Counted from the stretch's first letter, positions 1 to 10,265 are shown. The stretch is 64,000 nucleotides of DNA from an uncultured delta proteobacterium (GCA_963816145.1 CAWFJP010000001.1:256001-320000), one strand, 5' to 3'. Program-made: numbers and translations. Notes: generated by a model from the sequence alone, not told the origin.

Positions 1-614
1 TCAGCCGTGCTGGCGAGAATCCGGTGCGGCATCCCTTGGGTGAGATGAATGACACCAGGCGGCGCGGGAAATGCGACGATGCGCCCGGTGCGAAAAGCCG
101 CCGCTCTTTCGGTCGAACCGCCGACCTGTAGTATCGCCACATCTTTGTCCGGCTCGAGCTTGAGCTCTTTGAGAAACACCCGCGCCGCCACATCGGACGA
201 ACTGCCGATGCGACTAATGCCGATGCTCTTTCCCTTGAGTTGCTGCGCCGATCGAATCGACTCGTGCACGATCAAGTCGTAAGGCAAGGTATTGATGAAG
301 CAGCCGACCGCTACCACACCCGCACCCCCGACGGCGGCATTGGCCGTTGCCCCGCCGGAAATGTTGCCGACAGCAACCGAACCGGCGACCACCGCGGAAA
401 TCGTCGTGGTCGATGACGGAATGTAAACCAGCTCGGCGTCGAGGCCATACTTCTTGTAGAGCTGGCGCTCCTTGGCGATGTACCAGTTGGCATTGGGCGA
501 ATCGACGGAACTGAAGGCGAGGGAAATTTGCTGCGCGTCTGCGCTCTCCCAGCCAAGATCCAGTGCCAGACAAGCCAGCAGAATCAACGATCCTCGTAGC
601 TGTATGCGATCCAT
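1..614 (-). CDS. ABC transporter substrate-binding protein, SsuA/NMT1/THI5 family (3' end outside window)
   Basis: Not in the ORF track. Manual translation from ATG 614 (RBS AAGGGGG): MDRIQLRGSLILLACLALDLGWESADAQQISLAFSSVDSPNANWYIAKERQLYKKYGLDAELV...LKGKSIGISRIGSSSD...EPDKDVAILQVGGSTERAAAF; signal peptide plus NMT1-type motifs. Confidence 0.85.
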   Translation of the reverse strand, partial: MDRIQLRGSLILLACLALDLGWESADAQQISLAFSSVDSPNANWYIAKERQLYKKYGLDAELVYIPSSTTTISAVVAGSVAVGNISGGATANAAVGGAGVVAVGCFINTLPYDLIVHESIRSAQQLKGKSIGISRIGSSSDVAARVFLKELKLEPDKDVAILQVGGSTERAAAFRTGRIVAFPAPPGVIHLTQGMPHRILASTA

Positions 615-803
615 AATACCCCCTTTAGGTTCGACGGGAACTATTAATTAAATTGCAACTGTCTTGTCGAAACGGAAACAACGAATTCGAATTGCTCGCT
701 CGTGGATTTTTCCCCAGCTGCGCGCGCCGCAATGGGCACGGTAATCGTCCAGCATTCAGGGGGGCCTCGTCAATTAAGCCAACGACGCAGGTGGCGCGGC
801 AGA

Positions 804-1994
804 TTAGCGCTGTTTCTCAAAACGATAGACGATATAGCTGAGCAATAATGCCGGGGCGAGCCACACATAGCCAAACTCCTCGGCAAACCAAAAGCGCATG
901 ACGGCATGAACAATGTTGATCGTAAGATAACAAAGCGCAGCCCAAGAGCGGTACCAGGGCAGTTTCGTTTGCTTGATCCAGGCGGCAACTTCGATGAGCG
1001 CCGGAAGAAAAACCACATAATCGTAAGTCCATGCGAAAAAACTCGTCGTCACGGAAACCAGCAGGATTAACGGCAATTCTTCAGACCATTGCCATCTCGC
1101 TCTGTTCCTACGCCAGTAATATATCAGCCAGGCAAACCCGATCACGGTTGGCAGGCTCTGCAGCCAACGATCGCTGCGGCCGAACAATAGCGGAAAAATA
1201 TTTCGCAGTGTCGGCGTCGCCTGGTCGAAGGGCTGGAGGATTCCTTCCAGCTTGTAGAGTTCGAAATATTGACCATAAATGTCCCGGTCAAAATACAGCG
1301 GAACCAGCGCAACTAATAGAAATGACATTAAGGCGCCGAGAGCGATCCGCCAGCGTCCTTCTCGGCAAATCCACAAGCACAGCGCGAGCCAAAATAGGTA
1401 GAGCAGATGCGGCTTGATTGAGACGACCGCTAATGCTGCTCCGGCGGCCAACCATTTCCCTTTCGATTCAAGCACAAGAAACCCGGTGATCCCCGCCAAA
1501 ACCATCGGCGAGATCTGACCGATGATGAGAACAAACACCGTCGGCACAAAACTAAGCGCAACGCCCCACTCGATGCGGCAGGTTGCAGACGAATTTCCGT
1601 AAAGCCGCGCGAGTAGATTGGTACAAACCAAGATTAACAGAAGTTGGACCAGCAGCCAGGCCATCTGGCCGAGAGAATAACTGAGCATACCGAACGGCAG
1701 TGTGAGTGGAAAAGTCCAGGGCGGATTCCACATGATCAGCGCCGTGGACCCAGGCCAGCCAACGGATCGCTGCAACTTCAGCAACTCATTCGGTGAATAA
1801 GGATTTCTCCCGTCGAACAATAAACGACTCGCCGACCAGTATTCGACGAAGTCCCGGACTCCAGATTCGTCGGCTTTCGCGACCATCTGAGCGGACGTAA
1901 TCGATGCACTCACGAGATTAAACAGAACTGCGTTCGCCAAGGTAAAGCAGAGAATGAATATAGCAGTCCGCCAGCGCTTCGTCAGTCTCGCCAT
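804..1994 (-). CDS. GT87/DUF2029 family polytopic glycosyltransferase (GT-C)
   Basis: DFVEYWSA...NPY, NPPW, GQIS and KPHL motifs; many TM helices; likely start ATG 1994. Confidence 0.8.
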   Translation of the reverse strand: MARLTKRWRTAIFILCFTLANAVLFNLVSASITSAQMVAKADESGVRDFVEYWSASRLLFDGRNPYSPNELLKLQRSVGWPGSTALIMWNPPWTFPLTLPFGMLSYSLGQMAWLLVQLLLILVCTNLLARLYGNSSATCRIEWGVALSFVPTVFVLIIGQISPMVLAGITGFLVLESKGKWLAAGAALAVVSIKPHLLYLFWLALCLWICREGRWRIALGALMSFLLVALVPLYFDRDIYGQYFELYKLEGILQPFDQATPTLRNIFPLLFGRSDRWLQSLPTVIGFAWLIYYWRRNRARWQWSEELPLILLVSVTTSFFAWTYDYVVFLPALIEVAAWIKQTKLPWYRSWAALCYLTINIVHAVMRFWFAEEFGYVWLAPALLLSYIVYRFEKQR

Positions 1995-2094
1995 AGATAG
2001 TGGTTCAAGCGGAAACAACCTTGAGGATTAGTTTTGATTGGTGCGCTTTGCCGATCGAACCGAGGGTCGATAAGCCAGAGTCAGAAACTTTATT

Positions 2095-3867
2095 TCAATT
2101 CTGCTGAATTCCATAGCGGCGCGCGAAAGCGTAGTAAAAAATCGCTACGGTGACGAGAATGGCGGTCCAAATCACGCCGAAGGCGGCGAGCTCGCCGACC
2201 TGAGCGTTTTCCCAAAGTTCGAAGATCGCCACGGACACCACTGGTGTTTGCGGGCTGACAAGCAAGACCGACATGGACAACTCTTTGGCGGACAGGAGGA
2301 AGATAAAAATCCAACCGCCGAGAAACGACGGCGTGATCAGCGGCAGGATGATGCGGCGCATGGAACTGAACCACGACGCGCCGGCAACGTAGGACGCTTC
2401 TTCCAGTTCCTTGTGCAACTGCAACAAACCGGAATGGGTGTAACGGATGCCGTACGGTATGTAGCGCGTGACGAAGGCGATCAGCAATATCCACAATGTT
2501 CCGTACACCGGGATCGGCACGAACAGATAAAAGCGCAGGATCGCCAGTCCCATGACGATGCCGGGAAACAACAACGGCAGCGTCGTCATGAGATCGAGCA
2601 GCCAGCGGCCACGGATCTTGGTGCGCACCAGCAACCAGGATGCGAGCAGGGTCAGCACCATGACGAAGCTAGCGCTGCCGAGACCGAGCAACACGCTGTT
2701 CTTGATCGCATCGGTGATCTTGGGAAAGTGCAGTGCCGTAACGTAATTCTTGAGTGTGAGCTTCGTCAGACCCTCAAGCGACGGCTGCATATAGTAGGGC
2801 AACACCGATGCCCAGAGAATGATCAGAAACGGTAGCACGAGCAAAACTATCGAATAGGTAACCAACCCCGCAGCCGCCAAGTAACGCCAGCGGCCGAGAT
2901 TGATCAGCGTCGGCCGGTACCCTTTGCCGGTCACCGTCTGGTAGCGGTCGCCCTCACGGGTGAGGCGAAAGTAAAAATACAGCGTCGCCGCCACGACGAC
3001 CATCAACAACACCGAGAATGCTCCGGCGCTGCCATATCTGGGCGGCAGCTTTTGCGCGTCGAGATAGATCGAAGTTGTCAGCACGCGAATGTCACCCGGC
3101 AAACCCACCAACGCCGGGATCTCGAACGATTCGAAGGTGCGGATAAAGATCAACAACATGACGGAGAAGAACGCCGGCAGCATCAACCGCAAGGATATCC
3201 GCCGCATCGTCTGCCAGACCCGCGCGCCGCATGCCGCCGAGGCTTCTTCAAGGGACGGATCCATCGAACGAAACGCCGCCGCGAGCATGAGAAAGACAAA
3301 CGGCGACCACAGAAGCGATTCGATCAGAATCATGCCGAACATGGAATAGACGTTGATGACCGGCCCGGTCTGATCGAGCAGGACTTTGAGCCAGTAGTTG
3401 ACCGGTCCCGCCTTGCCAAGCAGCAACAACCAACCGATGGTGTAGAGAATGAAAGGCGTGCCGAACGAAGCAAACGCGGTAAAGTAGCCCAACCAGCGCA
3501 GCGGACTGTCGGTACGAACCACGACCCACGCGATCGAACCACCAAGCAAGGTCGCCAATAACGCGCTGCCGACGGCAAAATAAAAAGTATTGAGAAACGG
3601 ACCGAGGACCTGCAGCTCGCGCACCAGGTCTTCGTAGTAGCGCAGCGTGAACTGATCGATCTCGCCGGTAAGCTTGGTCGTGAACAGACTTGTTTGGATG
3701 ACCGAATAGAGCGGCGGGAGGACCAAATAGCCGGTGATCACCGAAACGCAGATCATCACGACGGCGGGTACGTCGAAACGCGAACCGACAGCCCATGAAA
3801 AACTTTTCTGCGCGTCCTCGCTCTTGAGCGGCAGATCCAAAGATTCGCTGGATTGTGATTTCGCCAT
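2095..3867 (-). CDS. ABC transporter permease, FbpB/ThiP-type (duplicated BPD_transp_1)
   Basis: Two EAA motifs (SLEEASAACGA, ELEEASYVAGA); about 12 TM helices. Confidence 0.9.
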   Translation of the reverse strand: MAKSQSSESLDLPLKSEDAQKSFSWAVGSRFDVPAVVMICVSVITGYLVLPPLYSVIQTSLFTTKLTGEIDQFTLRYYEDLVRELQVLGPFLNTFYFAVGSALLATLLGGSIAWVVVRTDSPLRWLGYFTAFASFGTPFILYTIGWLLLLGKAGPVNYWLKVLLDQTGPVINVYSMFGMILIESLLWSPFVFLMLAAAFRSMDPSLEEASAACGARVWQTMRRISLRLMLPAFFSVMLLIFIRTFESFEIPALVGLPGDIRVLTTSIYLDAQKLPPRYGSAGAFSVLLMVVVAATLYFYFRLTREGDRYQTVTGKGYRPTLINLGRWRYLAAAGLVTYSIVLLVLPFLIILWASVLPYYMQPSLEGLTKLTLKNYVTALHFPKITDAIKNSVLLGLGSASFVMVLTLLASWLLVRTKIRGRWLLDLMTTLPLLFPGIVMGLAILRFYLFVPIPVYGTLWILLIAFVTRYIPYGIRYTHSGLLQLHKELEEASYVAGASWFSSMRRIILPLITPSFLGGWIFIFLLSAKELSMSVLLVSPQTPVVSVAIFELWENAQVGELAAFGVIWTAILVTVAIFYYAFARRYGIQQN

Positions 3868-3879
3868 CGTTGCGTCGCG

Positions 3880-4962
3880 CTACTTCATGAAGACGCTTTC
3901 AAAATATTCCACCCACTCATTACCCTTGTCGAATTGCGTTTCGGGATTGATGTAATAGGCGCGCTTGAACCGCCCACCGCCTGGTTTCAAATCGATTTGT
4001 TTGGCCGGCACCTTGGGATGAGCCGGCAGATAATTCGCCTGTTGGTAAACCTTCTGTCCTTTCTCGGACAGAATGAAATCGATGAGCAGCATGGACGCAT
4101 GGGGACGGGTCGTGTTTTTTCCCAGGCCGATGTTATTGATCGTCGCGGTCGCCGGCTCATGGACCTGCCATTCCACCGGAGCCCCAGCCGACTTGCTGAT
4201 ATACGCATGATGGTTGAAGATCTGCAGCGCCAGCGGATACTCGCCGGCGATGGTTAAATCGAGCACTTGCCGATTGCTCGCCGTACTCTTGGCGATGTTC
4301 TGCGTTTTGAGTTTCTGTAAATAGGCTTTACCGGCTTCCGCGCCCATGGTGTTAAGTATCGTGCCGACAAACATCGGCGCGCCCGAGCCGCGGCTAGTCG
4401 ACCACATCATCTGCCCTTTCCAGCGCGGATTGAGCAGATCTTCGTAGCCCTTCGGCACATCGGCCGGTTTCACCATGCGGGTATTGTATCCGGTGGCGAA
4501 GAAGTACAGGTTGGTCGCGCCCCAGAAACCTTGCGCGTCCCTTAGCTCCGCCGGGTACTCGGCAAACTGCGGCGAGTAAAACCGTTGCAGCAAGCCGGCC
4601 CGTCGCACCATCGTTGGCACCACCGTGCCATCCACCACGTCGTTTTCATAACGTTTGGCTTGGTTCTCGGAAATGATTCTTTGCGCAAGCTGCGCCGAAT
4701 TGGCGCGAAAATACTCCACTTGAACAAACGGATATTCTTTTTCAAAAGCTTCTTTCACCGGCCGCACCACCTGATCGACGATCAGTGTCGTATACCAGGA
4801 GACCTTGCCCTCCTTCCTGGCGCCCTCGACGAGAATTTTTTGCCGGTCGGCGCGGTTCATGAGGGCGATCTCTTCCACGGTCGCGGCACCAGCGCATGGC
4901 ACCAGAACAAAGACGGCCAGGATAGCCAGCGACGATCGTAAGCAGTAAATCGGCAACGTCAT
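3880..4962 (-). CDS. Extracellular solute-binding protein (family 1, AfuA/FbpA-like)
   Basis: Signal peptide; GYNTRMV, YEDLLNPRWKG and HASMLLIDFILSEKGQ motifs. Confidence 0.88.
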   Translation of the reverse strand: MTLPIYCLRSSLAILAVFVLVPCAGAATVEEIALMNRADRQKILVEGARKEGKVSWYTTLIVDQVVRPVKEAFEKEYPFVQVEYFRANSAQLAQRIISENQAKRYENDVVDGTVVPTMVRRAGLLQRFYSPQFAEYPAELRDAQGFWGATNLYFFATGYNTRMVKPADVPKGYEDLLNPRWKGQMMWSTSRGSGAPMFVGTILNTMGAEAGKAYLQKLKTQNIAKSTASNRQVLDLTIAGEYPLALQIFNHHAYISKSAGAPVEWQVHEPATATINNIGLGKNTTRPHASMLLIDFILSEKGQKVYQQANYLPAHPKVPAKQIDLKPGGGRFKRAYYINPETQFDKGNEWVEYFESVFMK

Positions 4963-5005
4963 CGCGGCACCTCCTTAGGGCAAGCGAACCGACACATTGC
5001 TAGCG

Positions 5006-5062
5006 AAGCTAGTCTGACTGGCCTTCGGTTGTCAAGGTAATTGGCCCTGCAAGCACTTGCAG
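5006..5062 (-). promoter_or_regulatory. Sigma70-like promoter (TTGACA-N18-TAGCTT) with an upstream perfect palindrome CTGCAAG-ca-CTTGCAG
   Basis: -35 at 5030-5035 and -10 at 5006-5011 on the minus strand; palindrome at 5047-5062. Confidence 0.5.
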
Positions 5063-5159
5063 TACACTGGTTATGGAACGAAGTTTTTCTGAAAATAATC
5101 GAGCCTCGGCAGTGAATATCGCCCTGGCCCGAGGGATCAATCGTACTACCGGCAGCCGC

Positions 5160-6236
5160 CTATTTCAAAAAATTCTTCTCGAAGTAATCCACCCAGGAAT
5201 CGCCGTCATTCAATTGCGAATCCGGAGTGTGATAGAGCGCGCGTTTGAAGCGGCCGCCGCCGGGTTTAAGGTCCGCCTGCTTGGCCGGAACCTTGGGATG
5301 GGACGGCAAATAGTTCACCCCTTGGATAACCTTCTGTCCTTCTTCCGACAGAATGAAATCGAGCAAAAGCATCGCGGCGTGGGGATGCGGTGAGCGGGTA
5401 ACCGGCGAGATCGTATTGATGGTCGCCGAAACCGGTTCCAGCGGCGACCACTCCACCGGCGCGCCGGCGGACTTACTAATGTACGCGTGGTGATGAAAAA
5501 TATGCAGCCCCAAGGGATATTCGCCGGCGATGACCAGATCGAGCAGCTGGCGGTTGCTCGCCGTCGTTTTGGCGATGTTTTGGGCTTTTAGTTTTTGCAA
5601 ATAGGCCTTTCCCGCTTCTTGTCCCATGGTCTGAAGTATATCGCCGATCATCATCGGTGCGCCCGAACCGCGGCTGGTCGACCACATCATCTGCCCCTTC
5701 CAGCGCGGGTTGAGCAGGTCCTCATAGGTTTTCGGCACTTCATTGGGCTTAACCATGCGGGTGTTGTAGCCGACGGCGAAATAGTAAACGTTGCTCACGC
5801 CCCAGGCGCCCAGCGGGTCCTTCAACTCAGCCGGATAGTCGGCGAGATGGGGCGAATAGAAACGTTGCAGGTAGCCGCCTTTTCGCACCATCGGCGCGGT
5901 CACTGTGCCGTCCATAATGTCGACTTCGTAACGCTTGCCCTGATACTCGGCAAACATTTTTTGCACGATGCGCTCGGAGTTGCCGCGGAAGTGCTCGATC
6001 TGAATGAACGGATATTTTTTCTCGAAGGCGTCTTTTAAAGGCCGGACGACTTGGTCAACGATCAGCGAGGTGTACCAAGTGATCTTGCCCTCCTTCTTCG
6101 CGCCTTCGAGCAAAACCTTCTGCCGGTCGGGCTTGTTGTAAAGCATAACTTCGTCCACCGTCGCGGCGCCGCAGGTGGTACCGATCCCAATCACGAGAGA
6201 TAAAACCAGCATGCTTAGGTTAATAAAATTATTCAT
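5160..6236 (-). CDS. Extracellular solute-binding protein (family 1), close paralogue of 3880..4962
   Basis: Shares WSTSRGSGAPM and DLKPGGGRFKRA with its neighbour; RBS GGAGG before ATG 6236. Confidence 0.88.
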   Translation of the reverse strand: MNNFINLSMLVLSLVIGIGTTCGAATVDEVMLYNKPDRQKVLLEGAKKEGKITWYTSLIVDQVVRPLKDAFEKKYPFIQIEHFRGNSERIVQKMFAEYQGKRYEVDIMDGTVTAPMVRKGGYLQRFYSPHLADYPAELKDPLGAWGVSNVYYFAVGYNTRMVKPNEVPKTYEDLLNPRWKGQMMWSTSRGSGAPMMIGDILQTMGQEAGKAYLQKLKAQNIAKTTASNRQLLDLVIAGEYPLGLHIFHHHAYISKSAGAPVEWSPLEPVSATINTISPVTRSPHPHAAMLLLDFILSEEGQKVIQGVNYLPSHPKVPAKQADLKPGGGRFKRALYHTPDSQLNDGDSWVDYFEKNFLK

Positions 6237-6275
6237 CGGCTGTCCTCCAGTAGTCATCGCAATGTCCGTGTCCGA

Positions 6276-6307
6276 CCTTGAACTTCTGAACCTTGTACCC
6301 TTGAACG
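6276..6307. repeat. Short tandem (TTGAACC-like) repeat, half element
   Basis: ccttgaac ttctgaac cttgtacc cttgaacg; same family as 31559..31653. Confidence 0.6.
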
Positions 6308-6308
6308 T

Positions 6309-7427
6309 CTATTTCAGTATCGCCTCGGCGAATTTTCCCGCGGGCACTCTCACTCGGGTGTACTTGTCCTCCAGATGATTGCGCAGCCGATGGTACTCTT
6401 GAACCGTAATTGTGTCCTTCGCCGCGCTGACACCGACTTTATTGAGCCACTTGGTGTCGACATCCAGACGGCGCGAGCCATTCTCCATGATCTTACCGTA
6501 CCAGTCCTGGCCCTCGCGGCTGAGAAACCAATTGACGAAAACTTTAGTGGCGTTGGGATTGGGCGGGCTCTTGATAATGCCGATGACGCCGAAGGAATTA
6601 CTCGCCGGCAGCCCTTCTTTCGGCGCCGGAACCGGCTTGAGCGGCAAGCCCGCGTCGACAAACGGATCGGTCTGACTGCGCCCCAGGCCGAAGGCTATGG
6701 CGACTTTGCCTTTCGCCAGGGCATCGGCGAGCTGGCGCAGATCGCGCGTCAAGAAGAGTTCCTGCTGGACCAATCTTTTGAGAAACTCCTCGCCTTTGAG
6801 CTCCCACATAAACGACCAGATCGATTGGCCAGAACTCGGCACACGCGGATCGCTAAAACCGATCTTACCCTTCCACTTGGGATTCAAGTAATCGTCGAAA
6901 GACTTTAGCTCTTCGGCCTTGGCCAAACTGGTGTTGTACCAGATGCCATGAGTCGCCACATCCGCGAGAAAAGAATATAAAAATTTGTTCGTGCTGACGT
7001 TGTCTTCCCAAATATGGCCGCCCCACCACTGCTTGGCATCCCTCACCTCGGGAAGTACCCAGAACGATTCCATCGGTTCCAGCATGCCGTCATGGGTAAG
7101 ACCCGCCGCCGTGCCGGTGCCGCAAATAATCGCGTCGAAATAATTTACGCCGGCCTTCTTTTCGGCCGCGATGCGGCTGGCGTTTTTCGGTCCCGGCGCT
7201 GCGACCAATTCTGCTTCGATGCCGAATTTCTGTTTCAGCACGGTATCGAGCTCCTTGCGCAGCTCGTTGGACGGCGGAATCGCTATGACGATCTTCGCTT
7301 CTTTCCTGGCCGCCTCCACGGTCTTGTCCCATTCCGACGGCCGTTTCGCTTCGGCTGCGTTGGCCGGATTGCCAACGATAAGAGTCGACGCCACCGCCAA
7401 AACCGCTACAACCTGCCGCAAAATCAT
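6309..7427 (-). CDS. Extracellular solute-binding protein (family 1)
   Basis: Signal peptide; DYLNPKWKGKIG and PNPNATKVFVNWFLSREGQ; RBS GAGGAG before ATG 7427. Confidence 0.85.
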   Translation of the reverse strand: MILRQVVAVLAVASTLIVGNPANAAEAKRPSEWDKTVEAARKEAKIVIAIPPSNELRKELDTVLKQKFGIEAELVAAPGPKNASRIAAEKKAGVNYFDAIICGTGTAAGLTHDGMLEPMESFWVLPEVRDAKQWWGGHIWEDNVSTNKFLYSFLADVATHGIWYNTSLAKAEELKSFDDYLNPKWKGKIGFSDPRVPSSGQSIWSFMWELKGEEFLKRLVQQELFLTRDLRQLADALAKGKVAIAFGLGRSQTDPFVDAGLPLKPVPAPKEGLPASNSFGVIGIIKSPPNPNATKVFVNWFLSREGQDWYGKIMENGSRRLDVDTKWLNKVGVSAAKDTITVQEYHRLRNHLEDKYTRVRVPAGKFAEAILK

Positions 7428-7557
7428 AAACTCCTCACAACTAATTTCTTTCCGAGAGCTGTAGAGCAAACCTTAAATGGAGTCAAGGTCGAAGCGCGTA
7501 TGCGGCGACGGACAACACCCTTGACACTCGAAGGAGCTGCCGATAGAGCTGCCGCAT

Positions 7558-9591
7558 ATGCTCACACGCTTAGTCGTTCAACGCAAAGAAGCTTTCGCGG
7601 GCGGCCATGAGTTTGCCATCACCGGTGCGTACGAGAAGTTAACCGGCATGATCTACGGCGAAGTCGATCCGAACCATCGGCGGAACCGAATCATCATCAA
7701 CCTCAACAAAGCGCCGCGCAACCGGCGCGGCCGGGTCGAATATTCCGGCAATTTTTGCATCTTGAAACCGGTTGATATGGCGCGGGGCAATGGGAAAATG
7801 TTTTACGATGCGCCCAACCGCGGCAGCAAGCGCATCCTGGGCTTCTTGAACGACGGGCCGGAAGCGAACGATCCGACGACGTTGGAACATGCCGGCAACG
7901 GTTTTCTGATGCGTCAGGGCTACACGATTGTCTGGTGCGGCTGGCAGGGCGATTTGATGCCGCTCAAGAACTGGCTCGTGCTCAACGTCCCCGTCGCCAG
8001 CAACAAAGACAAACCGATTGTCGCCAAAGTGCGCACCGAGTTCGTTGTCGACGAGAAAGGCGTCAAATCGCAGCCGCTCAGCGGCGACGAGCGCGTCAAG
8101 AGCTATCAAGCCGCGTCCCTCGACAAATCCCAAGCCACGCTCACCGTCCGCGAAAAATCCTACGGCAAACGAATACCCGTGCCGGCGAGCGACTGGGAGT
8201 TTGCCGCCAGCATGAAAAACCCGCGCAGCGTCAAAGAGATCGTCAAAACGAGCGACACCAATCTCTACCTGCGCGCCGGTTTCAAACCGGGATATATCTA
8301 CGAGTTCATTTATCCGGCGAAGAATCCGCTCGTCTTGGGCCTAGGCTTCGCCGTCGTGCGCGACTTGGTTTCCTTCTTGCGTTTCGAGTCGAAAAACCGA
8401 GCCGGCAAACCAAACCCTCTGCAATCCAAAGTCTCGACTCGCTCTTTTACACTCTCCCCCCGTGACGGGGGGAGACAAAGAGGGGGGATCACTCACGCCT
8501 ACGCCTGGGGGCGCTCCCAGAGCGGCCGCTACCTGCGCGATTTCATTTACCAAGGTTTCAACGAAGACGAAGCCGGGCGCAAAGTCTTCGACGCCATCGC
8601 GCCCCATGTCGCCGGCGGCGGCCGGCTGTACTTGAACTATGAATTCGCCCGCCCGGTCACCTCATCGCAGCAACACACCAACCAGCTCGATCCTGAATTG
8701 TTCCCGCACGCCTATAACATCATCAAAGACGCGCAAACTGGCCGGGTCGACGGAATATTAAAACACCGCAAAACCGATCCGCTGATTTTTCACACGCAGA
8801 CTTCCACTGAATACTGGCAAAAGCGCGGATGCCTCGCCCACACCGACGGCAAAGGCAACGATCTAAAGCTTCCGGACAACGTGCGCCTCTACGTTATCGC
8901 CAGCGCCCAACACAACAGCCCCTTCGGCTCCGAACCAGCGAAAGACGATAGCCAATTTCTCGTCAATCCGCTGCCGGCGGGCGACGTTCTGCGCGCCCTG
9001 ATGGTCGCCATGGATGCGTGGGTGACGAAAGCCATTCCGCCGCCGCCAAGCCATTATCCAAGCGTCAAGGATCGCACCCTGGTGCCGCCGACACGCAACG
9101 GTTTTCCGAAGATACCCGGCGTAAACTTCACCGGCCTGCATAACCGGCAACTGTTTCTCGACTACGGCAGACGCATTCTGCGCGGCAAGATGGAGACGCA
9201 CCCACCGCGACCGCTTGGCAAGGCGTATGAAATCCTCGTCCCCAAGACCGACGCCGATGGCAACGACATCCCCGGCATCCGCCTTCCCGCCATCGAAGTG
9301 GCTGTCGGCACTTACACTGGCTGGAACTTGCGGCCACGCGGCCTGGCGGAAGGCGAACTGTCCGGCTTGCTCGGCTCGTTCATTCCATTCGCCAAGACCA
9401 AAGTGCAACGGAAAAAGACCGGCGATCCGCGCCGGTCCCTGGAAGAACGCTATCGGAATAGAGCCGATTACGTTGAGCGCATCAGCCGCGCCGCAAGAAT
9501 GCTAGTCGAACAGAGATATTTATTGTCGGAAGACGCAGAGAGAATTATCGCCGAGGCAGGGAAGGCACGAATTTTTGCGAGGAAAAGGTAA
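7558..9591 (+). CDS. Alpha/beta hydrolase domain-containing protein (Abhydrolase_10-like)
   Basis: GYTIVWCGWQGD, nucleophile-like GRSQSGRYL, TSTEYW, DADGNDIPGIRLP, GTYTGWN and RRSLEERY motifs. Confidence 0.75.
   Translation: MLTRLVVQRKEAFAGGHEFAITGAYEKLTGMIYGEVDPNHRRNRIIINLNKAPRNRRGRVEYSGNFCILKPVDMARGNGKMFYDAPNRGSKRILGFLNDGPEANDPTTLEHAGNGFLMRQGYTIVWCGWQGDLMPLKNWLVLNVPVASNKDKPIVAKVRTEFVVDEKGVKSQPLSGDERVKSYQAASLDKSQATLTVREKSYGKRIPVPASDWEFAASMKNPRSVKEIVKTSDTNLYLRAGFKPGYIYEFIYPAKNPLVLGLGFAVVRDLVSFLRFESKNRAGKPNPLQSKVSTRSFTLSPRDGGRQRGGITHAYAWGRSQSGRYLRDFIYQGFNEDEAGRKVFDAIAPHVAGGGRLYLNYEFARPVTSSQQHTNQLDPELFPHAYNIIKDAQTGRVDGILKHRKTDPLIFHTQTSTEYWQKRGCLAHTDGKGNDLKLPDNVRLYVIASAQHNSPFGSEPAKDDSQFLVNPLPAGDVLRALMVAMDAWVTKAIPPPPSHYPSVKDRTLVPPTRNGFPKIPGVNFTGLHNRQLFLDYGRRILRGKMETHPPRPLGKAYEILVPKTDADGNDIPGIRLPAIEVAVGTYTGWNLRPRGLAEGELSGLLGSFIPFAKTKVQRKKTGDPRRSLEERYRNRADYVERISRAARMLVEQRYLLSEDAERIIAEAGKARIFARKR
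8453..8475. repeat. Perfect 11-bp inverted repeat (REP/RPE-like) inside the hydrolase CDS
   Basis: TCTCCCCCCGT-G-ACGGGGGGAGA followed by caaAGAGGGGG. Confidence 0.7.
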
Positions 9592-9609
9592 TGGGATCAA
9601 CTAAGCAAT

Positions 9610-9638
9610 TTGCCATTCCCGATCGTCCTTTCTATAAT
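9610..9638 (+). promoter_or_regulatory. Sigma70 promoter of the TA operon
   Basis: TTGCCA-N17-TATAAT. Confidence 0.6.
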
Positions 9639-9696
9639 TAAGCCGCGTCAACCGGTTTCTAGAGTTGGTCTGCATGCAAAGAAAAGGACAGGTACC

Positions 9697-9900
9697 ATGA
9701 GCGTAACTGATCAGACGATACGCCAAAAAGTCCACGCTTTGGCCGAAGATCTTTCGCCAGATGCATCCTGGGATGACGTAATAGAGGAGGCACGTTTTCG
9801 TAGGGCAGTCGAGCAGGGAATTGCCGCAGCCGATCGCGGTGCTTTTGCCACGGACGACGAAATCCGCGAAGCATTTGCCCGTTGGGTCGTGAAAAGTTGA
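9697..9900 (+). CDS. Putative antitoxin of a RelE/ParE pair
   Basis: 67 aa, acidic, VEQGIAAADRG motif; its stop overlaps the toxin start (TTGA). Confidence 0.75.
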   Translation: MSVTDQTIRQKVHALAEDLSPDASWDDVIEEARFRRAVEQGIAAADRGAFATDDEIREAFARWVVKS

Positions 9901-10178
9901 AACTCCGTTGGACACGCCCTGCGCTTGCCGACTTAATCGAAGCACAAAACTATATCGCCCGAGAAAATCCGGTAGCAGCTCAAGCTTTGGCACAGCGCGT
10001 CTGGGATGCAGCGCAGAACCTCTGCGAACATCCCCGGATGGGTCGACCCGGTCATGTGGATGGCACACGGGAGTGGATAGTTAAAGACTCTCCCTATCTG
10101 ATCGTTTGCCGCGTTAGAGACGAAGACGTGGAAATCCTCCGCATGTGGCACGGTCGGCAGAACTGGCAGGTCCGGTGA
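9897..10178 (+). CDS. Type II toxin, RelE/ParE family
   Basis: MKLRWTRPALADL...YIARENP...HPRMGRPG...GTREW...PYLI...VEILRMWHGRQ. Confidence 0.88.
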   Translation: MKLRWTRPALADLIEAQNYIARENPVAAQALAQRVWDAAQNLCEHPRMGRPGHVDGTREWIVKDSPYLIVCRVRDEDVEILRMWHGRQNWQVR

Positions 10179-10230
10179 TCCTGAACACATTTCCGATCGG
10201 ATTCGAGTGTATGGCCCCACGCACGGGTTC

Positions 10231-10265
10231 TGAATTCTCAATTGGCAATTCTCCATTGTTCATTT
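10231..10265. repeat. Heptamer tandem repeat (ATTCTCA/ATTGGCA family), half element
   Basis: tgaattctcaattggcaattctccattgttcatt; related to 11271..11303. Confidence 0.55.

Noticed and set aside
9600-10260. Mobile element around the TA pair
   Set aside because: No integrase, transposase, terminal repeats or target duplication were found.
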